Below are positions 8,912 through 17,648 of a stretch of 44,243 bases of DNA, piece by piece (the stretch's first letter is position 1; every line of letters starts with the position of its first letter). This stretch comes from Flavobacteriales bacterium. GTDB lineage: Bacteria > Bacteroidota > Bacteroidia > Flavobacteriales_F > PHOS-HE28. The translations under genes were made by a program, and so were the position numbers. The stretch spans positions 1 through 44,243 of the forward strand of contig JBATND010000351.1 of the NCBI GenBank assembly GCA_049290175.1, given 5' to 3'. The notes under the pieces were generated by a model. It did not search any database, was not told where the DNA came from, and saw nothing but the letters and a program-made list of their open reading frames with translations.

Positions 8912-9904
8912 ATGATCATCGTAACCGGCGCAGCGGGCTTCATCGGCAGCTGCCTCATCGGGGAGTTGCAGCGCCAGGGCTGGCAGGACATTGTTGCGGT
9001 TGACGATTTCTCCCGCGTTGATAAGGCGCCCAACCTGCTGAAGAAAGAGCTCACGGCGAAGGTGGACCGCAAGGACTTCTTCACCTGGCTCGATGCCAAC
9101 GAGAAGCTGGTGCAGTTCATTTTCCACCTCGGCGCGCGCACCGACACCACCGAGTTCAATGCGGCCATCTTCGATGAATTGAACGTGCGCTACAGCCAGC
9201 GCATGTGGGAGGCTTGCGTGAAGTACGGCATCCCGCTGGTGTACGCCAGCAGTGCAGCTACCTACGGTGGCGGCGAACTGGGCTACAGCGATCAAGACGA
9301 TGCTCTTCCCTTCAAGCTGAAGCCGCTGAATCCTTATGGCGAGAGCAAGAACGAGTTCGACAAGTGGGCGCTTCAGCAGGCCGCAGGTCCCGACAAAGGC
9401 GGGGAGAAGAAGCCCTTCTTTTGGGCCGGCCTCAAGTTCTTCAATGTGTATGGGCCGAACGAGTACCACAAGGGCCGCATGGCGAGCGTGGTCTTCCATG
9501 CCTTCAACCAGATCCGTGACACGGGCGGCATGAAGCTCTTCCGCAGCCACCGGCCAGACTACAAGGACGGCGAGCAGCAGCGCGATTTCATCTATGTGAA
9601 GGATCTCTGCGACGTGTGCATCTTCCTGATGCAGCACCGCAAGAACAGCGGGCTCTACAACCTCGGCAGCGGCACCGCGCGCAGCTTCCTCGATCTGGTG
9701 CGCGCCACCTTCGCCGCCATGGACAAGCCGGAGAATATCTCCTTCATCGACACGCCGGCCGACATCCGCTCCACCTACCAGTACTTCACCGAGGCCGATA
9801 TGCGCAAGCTGCGCGCGATCGGCTACGAGCGCCCGTTCAGCTCACTCGAGGATGGCGTGAGCGAATACGTGAAGGACTATCTGATGCAGGCGGCTTACTG
9901 CTGA
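8912..9904 (+). CDS. hldD: ADP-glyceromanno-heptose 6-epimerase-like NAD-dependent epimerase
   Basis: MIIVTGAAGFIGS Rossmann motif, ASSAATYG and a YGESK-type catalytic region. The 330-aa length fits HldD/RfaD. Confidence 0.82.
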   Translation: MIIVTGAAGFIGSCLIGELQRQGWQDIVAVDDFSRVDKAPNLLKKELTAKVDRKDFFTWLDANEKLVQFIFHLGARTDTTEFNAAIFDELNVRYSQRMWEACVKYGIPLVYASSAATYGGGELGYSDQDDALPFKLKPLNPYGESKNEFDKWALQQAAGPDKGGEKKPFFWAGLKFFNVYGPNEYHKGRMASVVFHAFNQIRDTGGMKLFRSHRPDYKDGEQQRDFIYVKDLCDVCIFLMQHRKNSGLYNLGSGTARSFLDLVRATFAAMDKPENISFIDTPADIRSTYQYFTEADMRKLRAIGYERPFSSLEDGVSEYVKDYLMQAAYC

Positions 9905-10248
9905 GTGTTCCGCAGCGCGACCAGCTTGCGGCGCACATCCAACAAGCGCTCGCGCAACGCTTCAATGTCGATGCCAGGGCGCTCGGCAGCGGGCAGTTCG
10001 CCGCGCTTGAGCTTCTCCTTCGCCCCTTGGATGGTGAAGCCCTCGCCCTTCACCAATTGCTGAATCACGCGCAACTGCTCGATCTGATCGCGCGTGTACA
10101 AGCGATCGCCCCTGCCCGTGCGGCGCGGCGTGATGTTACCGAACTCCTTCTCCCAGAAGCGAACGCTGCTATTGGCCACGCCCAGTTCCTGCGCCACCTC
10201 ACCAATGGTGAAGTAGATCTTCTCGATGGTCTTGGGCTTGAGCGGCAT
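9895..10248 (-). CDS. MerR family transcriptional regulator
   Basis: The start was set at MPLKPKTIEKIYFTIGEVAQELGVANSSVRFWEKEF (MerR HTH; the ATG at 10248-10246 was checked). The 18 upstream codons in the track ORF are translated repeat sequence. Confidence 0.85.
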   Translation of the reverse strand: MPLKPKTIEKIYFTIGEVAQELGVANSSVRFWEKEFGNITPRRTGRGDRLYTRDQIEQLRVIQQLVKGEGFTIQGAKEKLKRGELPAAERPGIDIEALRERLLDVRRKLVALRNTQQ

Positions 10249-10266
10249 GATCGGCGAATCTCCGAT

Positions 10267-10343
10267 GGAAACGTGAAACATGAAAGCTGAAAGTTGAAAC
10301 AAAGGCCGCCTACCAGCTTTCAGCTTTCATGTTTCACATTTCC
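10267..10343. repeat. 77-bp palindrome whose arms are tandem heptamers
   Basis: Arms 10267-10293 and 10317-10343 pair at 26 of 27 positions with a 23-nt loop, checked base by base. The left side is TGGAAAC GTGAAAC ATGAAAG CTGAAAG TTGAAAC. The right side is CTTTCAG CTTTCAT GTTTCAC ATTTCCG ATTTCAA. Confidence 0.9.
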
Positions 10344-10347
10344 GATT

Positions 10348-11319
10348 TCAATCTAGCGCCTGCCCCGCGTTCCTCGAGATCTCCACCATGCGTGCGTATT
10401 CCTCTGGTGTGAGGTCGTTGAAGTAGTAGTTGGCCGGATCCATGGGCTGGCCGCCCTTATGCACCTCGTAATGCAAGTGTGGTCCCACGCTCAGGCCCGT
10501 GTTGCCCACCAGCCCGATCACGTCGCCGCGTTTCACGCGCTGTCCCTTGCGCACTTCCAATTTGCTCAGGTGGGCATACAGCGTCTCGTAGTCGAAACCG
10601 TGATCGATGACCACATGCATGCCGTAGCCGTTGGTGCCATATTCCGCATAGGTGACTACGCCATCGCCGGTGGCGTGGATGGGCACGCCGGGCTTCGCCG
10701 TGAAATCCATGCCTGCGTGGAACTTCATGATCTTGTGGATCGGGTGCATGCGCCAGCCGAAACCACTGGCCGTCTGGTTGAGATCCTCATTGGCGATGGG
10801 CTGCACAGCGGGGATACTGGCGAGCATCTCCTGTTTGCGCAGCACCAATTCGCCCACTTCATCGAGCGAGCGCGATTGGATCACGAGCTGTCGCGTGAGC
10901 AGGTCGAGCCGCTTCGCAGTGGCCACCACCAATTCGCTGTTGGCATAACCCGCCAGGTCGCGGTAGCGGTTGATGCCGCCCACGCCGGCCATGCGCATGC
11001 TCTCCGGGAGCGGATCGGCCTCCAGGATCACGCGGTAGATGTTGTCGTCGCGGCGGCGCACATCGCCCAGCACCTTTTCCAGCTCCCCGATCTGCTTGTT
11101 CAGCAACTCGTACTGCACCAGCAATTGCTTGTTCTCCCGGCGCAAAAGCGACTCCTTCGGGCTATCGACGAACTGGTAAACGAGGAAGATGCCCAGCAGC
11201 CCCACGGCCAGCCCCGGAAGCAGCAGCAGTGCGGTGCGCTTCACCTTCTGCCAGGCAGTGAGGCGGATGCGCTCGAAGTTGAGCGTCTTGGGGTTGAGGC
11301 GATACTTGTGCTCGGGCAT
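10348..11319 (-). CDS. M23 family metallopeptidase (membrane-anchored)
   Basis: It has the C-terminal LytM motifs HAGMDF...HATGDG...TGLSVGPHLHYEV and an N-terminal TM segment followed by a coiled coil. The start was trimmed to MPEHKYRL (ATG at 11319-11317). Confidence 0.88.
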   Translation of the reverse strand: MPEHKYRLNPKTLNFERIRLTAWQKVKRTALLLLPGLAVGLLGIFLVYQFVDSPKESLLRRENKQLLVQYELLNKQIGELEKVLGDVRRRDDNIYRVILEADPLPESMRMAGVGGINRYRDLAGYANSELVVATAKRLDLLTRQLVIQSRSLDEVGELVLRKQEMLASIPAVQPIANEDLNQTASGFGWRMHPIHKIMKFHAGMDFTAKPGVPIHATGDGVVTYAEYGTNGYGMHVVIDHGFDYETLYAHLSKLEVRKGQRVKRGDVIGLVGNTGLSVGPHLHYEVHKGGQPMDPANYYFNDLTPEEYARMVEISRNAGQALD

Positions 11320-11548
11320 GGTTCGGCGAAGTTGATGCCAGTTGCACAAATGATGACACCTGCATCCAAGAAGCGAGTGAACCTCCAAGAGTGATAGGCC
11401 ATAAAGCGCTGATATACTGCGGCATTACCCCCGCCGCCTACCATTAGGCATGCGCGAATGGCAACTTAAATGATTTGGCGGTGGCGAAGATGCCAACAAG
11501 GTTCGTGTTCGCTATACCAAGCCCAAGAAAAACCTTCACACCCCTCTG

Positions 11549-12592
11549 ATGTTTGTAGCGGCCATGATTGCCATGATTGCATGCAAGAAAGAAATCCATG
11601 ACATGAGGTCAAAAACATGCGAACCCGATGGCGCTTTTAAAGCTGGCGACCCTCCGCAGGATTGTGCGATGAATGTTTCAATAGAGTGCGGGATGCTCTC
11701 CTTTGAAGATTTAGACCATTTTCTCGCAGTAGCGGAATGTTTGACGGAGAGATACAACGCGCACGTTGATTGGTTCGTTTCACAGAACGAGAACCTGGAC
11801 GATGACGAGCTCGACGAGCTTGCAGAAGTGAGTGGCTTTGTTGATGAAGAGGCAATCATATACTTTGAAACATCCTTAGGGTTCGCCTCCTATCGACAGC
11901 ATTACGAATCAACTCTAACAGACTGGGTCGACGCTGGCAACGATCCTGAGGACTTTAGTATGCCCGAGCTCTTCCCTTCACCGGCTCTCGCAGCACTGAG
12001 GAATGTGCATGGCGCTGTGATGATTGGAGGCGCGATATACTTGACCGACGGTTCTGGAAGGCGTTGGGAATTCTGCACTTGCGATGTTCATTTGGATTAC
12101 TTAGCGAATCCTACCGCATACGAATCCATTGAGGGGGACCCCTGCGTTACGCTGCATAGAACTATTTACGAAGGCAATGGAACGCAGTGCTCCGACTCAT
12201 GGAGGCAATGTAGATGGATAGAGTACAGTACCGGCAAGAAAGTGAAGGCGACTTTGGAATTCAGCTATGGAGGTTACGCACCTACCCAAACTCTAGTGTC
12301 TGCCAGACTCGATGCCTGGAAGCAGCGTGCGAGTGGCAGGTGGAAGCGTCGATACCTGAGCCTGCACCCGAGGGCCACAGGTCCCTTTACGGAAACCGGC
12401 TGCGACGCGCGTGGTAATTACAACGTGAACAAGGGCAGCAAGCGTCGTCGAACTTGGGAATCATGGGATAGCTATCATGGACAAAAGACGTTCAAGAATG
12501 AGACCTGCGTTGGGAGTTACGTATGGGGTCCCAACAATTTGCAGCATACCATAATGCTTGACTTCGTCAACGGACAACTGTGCTGGAATTAA
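11549..12592 (+). CDS. hypothetical lipoprotein with an acidic N-terminal half and a Cys/Trp/basic-rich C-terminal half
   Basis: MFVAAMIAMIAC is a lipobox-like signal. There are 13 Cys after the lipobox Cys. I recognise no family. The region is low in GC. Confidence 0.55.
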   Translation: MFVAAMIAMIACKKEIHDMRSKTCEPDGAFKAGDPPQDCAMNVSIECGMLSFEDLDHFLAVAECLTERYNAHVDWFVSQNENLDDDELDELAEVSGFVDEEAIIYFETSLGFASYRQHYESTLTDWVDAGNDPEDFSMPELFPSPALAALRNVHGAVMIGGAIYLTDGSGRRWEFCTCDVHLDYLANPTAYESIEGDPCVTLHRTIYEGNGTQCSDSWRQCRWIEYSTGKKVKATLEFSYGGYAPTQTLVSARLDAWKQRASGRWKRRYLSLHPRATGPFTETGCDARGNYNVNKGSKRRRTWESWDSYHGQKTFKNETCVGSYVWGPNNLQHTIMLDFVNGQLCWN

Positions 12593-13406
12593 TGCAGATG
12601 GAACTGCGGTGGTGCGCTACGGCTTACTCATAACAGCATGCGCAGGGTCGATTCTATCAATGGGTCAATCCCCAGTTCCAACGTATTGCATCCGCCTCAG
12701 TGCTGGTTTTCTAGCTCTCCCGCCCATAAGGGTAAATCAGCGGCATGGGGACGAATCGCACTACAAAGGGCTTTGGGGTGCTGGCATGCGATTATCCACG
12801 GAGTTTTGCTTCCGAAGAACATTGCATGGTTCTATCCTCCTCGGTTTAGACTATGGGAGAATTCCAGCAGCATTCGCATGGGATTTAGTCTCAGACCCCA
12901 ATAGTGTAAACCAAGGCGTTGCCGACCTTCAACCTGAACCAGTTGAGCGCTACGGGCTTATCAACCTCCGGGCAGGATATGAACACACGCTTTTGCGGTT
13001 GAAGCGCACTCACCTCTCAGCGCAAATAGGCGTTGGCGTTTCTCACATCTCTACTGACGAAGGCACCTTCAGCCATTATAAAGTCACGGAATCCGGTGAT
13101 TTGGCGCTGCTCGCCACGCATAATCTTGAGATTAATTCAGAAGGTCGGCCCCTGCCCACCTTTTACGGCGCACTCACCTGGCAGCACACATTCTCAAATT
13201 TGAATGAACTCTGCATCGGTGCTTATAGTATGATCTCACTTCAAGGCGATGAGATCCGTACCACCTATGTCATCGACCCTCTTGGTCCAGAGGCACGTGG
13301 CGGTTCTGCGACGGGTTCCCTAAGCCATGCTGGGCTATACATCGCCTACACCATGTCCTGGGGGTATCCCAAATTGCCTCGCTGGCTTCGAGCTACGATT
13401 CAATGA
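12558..13406 (+). CDS. hypothetical exported beta-rich protein, paralog A (start uncertain)
   Basis: The ORF-track ATG is at 12558. The in-frame GTGs at 12609/12612 would give (M)VRYGLLITAC, a short lipobox-like signal with no overlap on the upstream gene. The sequence alternates in a beta-strand-like pattern. The C-terminus YIAYTMSWGYPKLPRWLRATIQ matches the next gene. Confidence 0.45.
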   Translation: MTSSTDNCAGINADGTAVVRYGLLITACAGSILSMGQSPVPTYCIRLSAGFLALPPIRVNQRHGDESHYKGLWGAGMRLSTEFCFRRTLHGSILLGLDYGRIPAAFAWDLVSDPNSVNQGVADLQPEPVERYGLINLRAGYEHTLLRLKRTHLSAQIGVGVSHISTDEGTFSHYKVTESGDLALLATHNLEINSEGRPLPTFYGALTWQHTFSNLNELCIGAYSMISLQGDEIRTTYVIDPLGPEARGGSATGSLSHAGLYIAYTMSWGYPKLPRWLRATIQ

Positions 13407-14275
13407 AAGCGCGATTGGTCTGCTGTGCTTGTGTACTTGGCCTCCACTCGCACCATGGGTCAGCAACGGCCCAGTCGCTTCCGAAGCCTGCTGTACCAAA
13501 ACATCGGTTGTGCATGGAACTCGGCGGTGGCTACCAAATGCCGCGTTCTTTCTCCACAAACGAAAACGGCCATGCCGAGTTTTCATTTTCTGCTGTGCAT
13601 CTTTCATTGGGAGGTGTGTATGGCTGGCGGTTCAGCGAGCGCCTTGAGTTCGCCATTGGCGCTGGGTTCGTTTGGTCCCGTTACGAAATGCGAGCAAATG
13701 CTGCTATATCCGACTCGCTTGTTAATCGGAGTGGGGCTTCGCGCACTACTTATTCGTTCAACTGGTTCCCTTTCCCTTCCGGAGGATCCACACGCTACGA
13801 CCGTCCAATAGACCCCCCGATCTGTGCCTTTCGCGCAGAATACCGCATATCTCAGAAGCGGGCCAACTCGTGTTGGCTTGGGCTTGCAATAGGTGTGATG
13901 CCTCAATACACTTCGATGATAACCCGGCATGTTTCGGTATATGCAAGCACTGACCAAACTTATGTGCTCATGGACGCCGGACTTGGCCATGGAGGCCAAC
14001 TCAATCCATGGGCAGGCGCGCAATTCCGAGTAGAACGGTCGCTTGCGAACATGAACCGGATTCAATTCGGGATAGATGCCATTGTCAGCATCTTGCCGTT
14101 TTACACTACGCAGTTGCTCATGAATCAACGAGACGGAACCTTTACCATTTACTCTCACAACAACCGTTTCGCTTGGCTTCGTCTATCCGTCGGTCATTCT
14201 TTTACATGGGGATCCCCTCGCAAGCCGCGATGGCTGCGCCTTCATGAAGAACGCAGGGTTTCTACCGCGCCATAA
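13403..14275 (+). CDS. hypothetical exported beta-rich protein, paralog B
   Basis: Signal peptide MKARLVCCACVLGLHSHHGSATAQ. The C-terminus LSVGHSFTWGSPRKPRWLRLHEERR is shared with the upstream gene. ATGA overlap with paralog A. Confidence 0.55.
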   Translation: MKARLVCCACVLGLHSHHGSATAQSLPKPAVPKHRLCMELGGGYQMPRSFSTNENGHAEFSFSAVHLSLGGVYGWRFSERLEFAIGAGFVWSRYEMRANAAISDSLVNRSGASRTTYSFNWFPFPSGGSTRYDRPIDPPICAFRAEYRISQKRANSCWLGLAIGVMPQYTSMITRHVSVYASTDQTYVLMDAGLGHGGQLNPWAGAQFRVERSLANMNRIQFGIDAIVSILPFYTTQLLMNQRDGTFTIYSHNNRFAWLRLSVGHSFTWGSPRKPRWLRLHEERRVSTAP

Positions 14276-14313
14276 TGCAGTAGTTGGGCGCTGAATAACT
14301 TCGCCGCCCACTA

Positions 14314-16953
14314 TTGAGTATGATGACGTCCCAGCAGATCCGCCAGAAGTTCCTCGACCATTTCGCTAAGCGCGGCCACCAGATCGTGCCCAGTGCGCCC
14401 ATGGTGATCAAGGACGATCCCACGCTCATGTTCACCAACGCGGGCATGAACCAGTTCAAGGACCTGTTCCTCGGCAACCGCGAAGCCAAGCACAAACGCA
14501 TCGCCGACACACAGAAATGCCTGCGCGTTTCCGGCAAGCACAACGACCTGGAGGAAGTAGGTATCGACACCTACCACCACACCATGTTCGAGATGCTCGG
14601 CAACTGGAGCTTCGGGGATTATTTCAAGAAGGAGGCGATCCAGTGGGCCTGGGAGTTGTTGGTGGATGAATACAAGATCGATCCAGCGAGCATCTACGTG
14701 ACCTATTTCGGCGGCGACGAGAAGGATGGCCTGCCCGCCGATGAAGAGACGCGCCAACTATGGTTGCAGTACATGCCCGAAGAGCGCATCCTCCCCTTCA
14801 GCCGCAAGGACAACTTCTGGGAGATGGGCGACACCGGTCCGTGCGGGCCATGCACCGAGATCCATGTGGACGTGCGCACGGCCGAGGAGAAAGCGCAGAA
14901 GCCCGGCCGCGAGTTGGTGAACAACGACCACCCGCAGGTGATCGAGATCTGGAACAATGTGTTCATGCAGTTCGAGCGCAAGGCCGATGGCTCGCTCGTA
15001 ACGTTGCCCGCGCAGCACGTGGATACCGGCATGGGCTTCGAGCGCCTGTGCATGGTGCTGCAAGGCAAACGCAGCAACTACGATACGGATGTGTTCCAGC
15101 CGCTGATCCAGGTGATCGCGAAGGCGAGTGGGAAAGTGTATGGTGAGACTCCGGCTCAAGGCCGGAGTGACAATGCAGAGAAGAGTGACATCGCCATGCG
15201 CGTGATCGCCGATCACCTGCGCGCCATCAGCTTCGCCATTGCCGATGGACAATTGCCGAGCAATACCGGCGCGGGTTACGTGATCCGTCGCATCCTGCGC
15301 CGTGCCGTTCGCTATGGCTACAGCTTCCTCGGCTTCAACGAGCCGTTCATGTTCGCGTTGGTACCCACGCTCGCCAAAGAGATGGGCGATCAATTCCCTG
15401 AGTTGCGCAAACAACAGCAGCTCATCGAAAGCGTGATACAGGAAGAAGAGAAAGCCTTTCTGCGCACATTGGAGCAAGGCACCAAGCGTCTCGAACAAGC
15501 GCTCTCAGAATCGAAGGGAACGCTTGCTGGGGACCGCGCCTTCGAGCTATTCGACACCTACGGCTTCCCCATCGACCTCACGCAGCTCATCGCCCGCGAG
15601 CAGAAGATGGATGTGGATATGAAGGGCTTCGAGGTTGAATTGCAGAAGCAGAAGGAACGCTCACGCGCTGCCACGGCAGTAACCACCGGCGACTGGGTTG
15701 AGATCGGCAAGGGTGAGACGGCCTTCATCGGCTACGATGAACTCAGCACTGATGCCCGCATCCTGCGCTACCGAAAGGTGAGCGGCAAGGGCGGCGACCA
15801 GTTCCAACTTGTGCTCGACCGCACACCGTTCTATGCCGAAGGCGGCGGACAAGTGGGCGATCAAGGCTGGCTGATACAAGGGGCCGATCAGATTGAAGTG
15901 ATCGACACCAAGCGCGAGAATCAGCTCATCGTCCACTTCACCAAGGAGTTGCCGAAGGATGTTGAGAAGCCGCTCACCGCGCAGGTGAACACGCAACGCC
16001 GCAGCCTCACTGCGCGCAACCACACGGCTACGCACTTGCTGCACCATGTGCTGCGCAAGCACTTGGGCACACACGTGGAACAGAAAGGCTCGCTCGTAGC
16101 GCCCGACCGTCTGCGCTTCGACATCAGCCACTTCGCCAAGGTCTCGGCCGAGGAATTGGCCACCATCGAGCGCGAGGTGAACGGCATGATCACCGCCGAC
16201 ATCGTGTTCGACGACAAGCGCAACGTGCCCATCGCGGAGGCGAAGGCCATGGGCGCCATGGCGCTCTTCGGCGAGAAGTACGGCGACAACGTGCGTGTGG
16301 TGAAGTTCGGCCCCAGCGTTGAGCTCTGCGGTGGCACGCACGTGCCGCGCACCGGTGTGATCGGACCTTTCCGCATCGTGAGCGAGAGTGCGCTGGCAGC
16401 AGGCATCCGCCGCATCGAGGCCATCACCAGCGTAGAGGCCGAGCGCATGATCAGCGAGAAGCTCGCCAAGTTGGAGGCCATCGAGGCCCTGCTGAAGAAC
16501 CCCGCCGATGTGGTGGCCGCCGTGCAGAAGCTCGCCGAGCAGAACACCGCCCTCACCAAGGAATTGGAGAAGGCTGGGAAGGAGAAGGTGAAGCGCCTGG
16601 CCTCTTCCATTCCCGCCAAGGCGAAGGCCAATGCGAAAGGCGTGAAAGTGCTCGTGGAGCAGCTCGACCTCGATGCCCAAGGCATGAAGGATCTCGGCTT
16701 CGCCCTGCGCGAGCAGCACAGTGACCTGGCCTTCGTTGCTGGCTCCGTGATCGATGGCAAACCCTTGCTCGCCGTCTCGCTCGGCAAGCAGGCGATCGAG
16801 TCAACCGGCCTCAAAGCGGTGGACATCATCAAGCAGATCAGTCCCGCGATCAAAGGCGGCGGCGGTGGCCAACCCGATTTCGCCACGGCCGGCGGCAAAG
16901 AGCCGAGCGGCATGAGCGATGCGCTGAAGAAGGCGGCGGAGCTACTCTCGTGA
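14314..16953 (+). CDS. alaS: alanine--tRNA ligase
   Basis: 879 aa. It shows FTNAGMNQFKD, WSFGDYFK, DTGMGFERL, the HTATHLLH editing-domain motif and a C-terminal DHHA1-like GGGGGQPDFA. Confidence 0.97.
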   Translation: MSMMTSQQIRQKFLDHFAKRGHQIVPSAPMVIKDDPTLMFTNAGMNQFKDLFLGNREAKHKRIADTQKCLRVSGKHNDLEEVGIDTYHHTMFEMLGNWSFGDYFKKEAIQWAWELLVDEYKIDPASIYVTYFGGDEKDGLPADEETRQLWLQYMPEERILPFSRKDNFWEMGDTGPCGPCTEIHVDVRTAEEKAQKPGRELVNNDHPQVIEIWNNVFMQFERKADGSLVTLPAQHVDTGMGFERLCMVLQGKRSNYDTDVFQPLIQVIAKASGKVYGETPAQGRSDNAEKSDIAMRVIADHLRAISFAIADGQLPSNTGAGYVIRRILRRAVRYGYSFLGFNEPFMFALVPTLAKEMGDQFPELRKQQQLIESVIQEEEKAFLRTLEQGTKRLEQALSESKGTLAGDRAFELFDTYGFPIDLTQLIAREQKMDVDMKGFEVELQKQKERSRAATAVTTGDWVEIGKGETAFIGYDELSTDARILRYRKVSGKGGDQFQLVLDRTPFYAEGGGQVGDQGWLIQGADQIEVIDTKRENQLIVHFTKELPKDVEKPLTAQVNTQRRSLTARNHTATHLLHHVLRKHLGTHVEQKGSLVAPDRLRFDISHFAKVSAEELATIEREVNGMITADIVFDDKRNVPIAEAKAMGAMALFGEKYGDNVRVVKFGPSVELCGGTHVPRTGVIGPFRIVSESALAAGIRRIEAITSVEAERMISEKLAKLEAIEALLKNPADVVAAVQKLAEQNTALTKELEKAGKEKVKRLASSIPAKAKANAKGVKVLVEQLDLDAQGMKDLGFALREQHSDLAFVAGSVIDGKPLLAVSLGKQAIESTGLKAVDIIKQISPAIKGGGGGQPDFATAGGKEPSGMSDALKKAAELLS

Positions 16954-16968
16954 ATCGCGTCGGAGGCA

Positions 16969-17634
16969 TCACAGCTTCCGCAGCGCCTCCCGCTCACTCA
17001 ATCCCGAGAGCTTCCTCAACTTCACGAAGCGCTTCACCGCCGTCGGATCGGTAGCGCCCAATTCGCGCAGCGCCCAACCGATGGCCTTGCGCATGAAGAA
17101 GTCGGGGTGAGCCGCGTGCCGATCGATGTTGGCGAAGAGCAGTGCTTGATCAGTGTCCTCCTTCCAACGGTTCTGGAAGAGGATCGCGGTGCGGTTCAGC
17201 CAGAGGTTCTTGCTGGTGATCCAGCGCTTGTTCCATTCCGTGATCTCCTTTGGGTACCGCTTCAGTATCATGCCCACCACATGGATCGCGAGCGCATCCA
17301 CCGTATCCCACCAGCTCTTGGTGGTGATGAGCTCCTCAACCAATGGCAAGTGATCGGGCGTGAGCTTCCGCGCGTGTTTCATCAATATGTCCAAGGCGGT
17401 GTGGTGCATCTCGCGTTCCGGACAGGCGAAAGCAGCACGGGCGATCGCGGGCAGCTCATCGAGCGCTGGCGCACCATGCATGGCGATGTGCTCCGCGAGC
17501 AACTCCCTGCGCGGCACTGCCTTGATTCCGAAGAAGGGCGCGATGCCCTTCATGTAGGCCTCCATCGCCGCGGCATTCTCGGCGTTGCGATTGCGCCTGA
17601 AGGAATCATGCAAAGGGGCCAACCAAGGATGCAT
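16969..17634 (-). CDS. DNA alkylation repair protein (AlkC/AlkD-like HEAT repeat)
   Basis: 221 aa with NAAAMEAYMKG...FFGIK...WWDTVD...WLNRTAILFQ...FFMRKAIGWALRE, the typical pattern for this family. Confidence 0.85.
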   Translation of the reverse strand: MHPWLAPLHDSFRRNRNAENAAAMEAYMKGIAPFFGIKAVPRRELLAEHIAMHGAPALDELPAIARAAFACPEREMHHTALDILMKHARKLTPDHLPLVEELITTKSWWDTVDALAIHVVGMILKRYPKEITEWNKRWITSKNLWLNRTAILFQNRWKEDTDQALLFANIDRHAAHPDFFMRKAIGWALRELGATDPTAVKRFVKLRKLSGLSEREALRKL

Positions 17635-17648
17635 GACTCAAGAACTGT

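Noticed and set aside
10266-10351. CRISPR-like or minisatellite interpretation of the heptamer and 10-mer arrays (also 8794-8879 and 36814-36931).
   Set aside because: The units are 7-10 nt with no spacers, only 3-5 copies are present, and they are arranged as inverted arms. No cas genes are in the window. None of this fits a CRISPR array.
14285-14310. Hairpin TGGGCG...CGCCCA between the island's last gene and alaS, considered as an intrinsic terminator.
   Set aside because: The stem is only 6 bp, the loop is 14 nt and there is no clear T-tract, so it is too weak to annotate.
11389-14313. Calling the low-GC block a mobile element or genomic island with defined ends.
   Set aside because: I found no integrase, transposase, tRNA target or flanking direct or inverted repeats. 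Only composition and orphan gene content support foreign origin, so it is reported as a finding and not annotated as a mobile_element.
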